Below are positions 63,827 through 64,000 of a stretch of 64,000 nucleotides of DNA, one piece after another. Both the position numbers and the translations under genes were made by a program. The DNA comes from a virus: positions 32,001 to 96,000 of the IMG/VR virus record IMGVR_UViG_3300014325_000011; one strand, 5' to 3'. The notes under the pieces were generated by a model. It worked only from the letters and a program-made list of their open reading frames with translations, ran no database searches and had not been told where the DNA came from. The first letter of the stretch is position 1, and every line of letters starts with the position of its first letter.

Positions 63827-64000
63827 TGATAATGGTGCGATATCGCTAGTCGATGTTGATTAGGGGGGGAGGCTCAGTCCTGCGAGCCGAGCCGTCGCAT
63901 CGCCCGTTCGATGTCCCCGCTGACCCGTTCCCAGTCGCCGCGGATCGCGGCGGCATCCCGCTCGTGAAGTTCGCGGAGACTGGGTTGGGCCAGACGGCGT

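Noticed and set aside
63820-63850. loxP-like or att site next to the recombinase
   Set aside because: Only a short CCATT-GAT-AATGG inverted repeat overlapping the start codon; no 13-8-13 architecture can be supported.

Overview
The whole window looks like one high-GC actinobacterial tailed phage or prophage (siphovirus-type, inferred from the tape measure and tail tube genes). No host housekeeping genes are visible. 1-9 kb (+): an FtsK/TraB-like ATPase, a divergent HTH gene with a palindromic operator, and a long operon of small early genes. 9.4-54 kb (-): the late operon. In transcription order it runs terminase small and large subunits, portal, split MuF-like gene, prohead protease/scaffold, major capsid, a ~12 kb block of fibre/spike-like genes, head-tail adaptor, tail tube, frameshifting tail chaperone, tape measure, beta-helix tail proteins, GH25 endolysin, an S53 peptidase and a holin. 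54-64 kb: many tiny, often Cys-rich genes, a tRNA-like element, a GIY-YIG gene and a Cre-like tyrosine recombinase. Top finding: the terminase intein (51277-52239) has no in-frame endonuclease. Instead a complete HNH/zinc-finger endonuclease is overprinted in the -1 frame at the usual endonuclease slot, behind its own leaderless TACAAT promoter, and the intein frame stays open throughout. Also notable: a frame break at a GGGAAAA heptamer inside the terminase Walker A motif, a propeptide-less sedolisin in the lysis cassette, and a tRNA-like RNA with two T-arms. All calls come from reading motifs by eye; no database searches were run.
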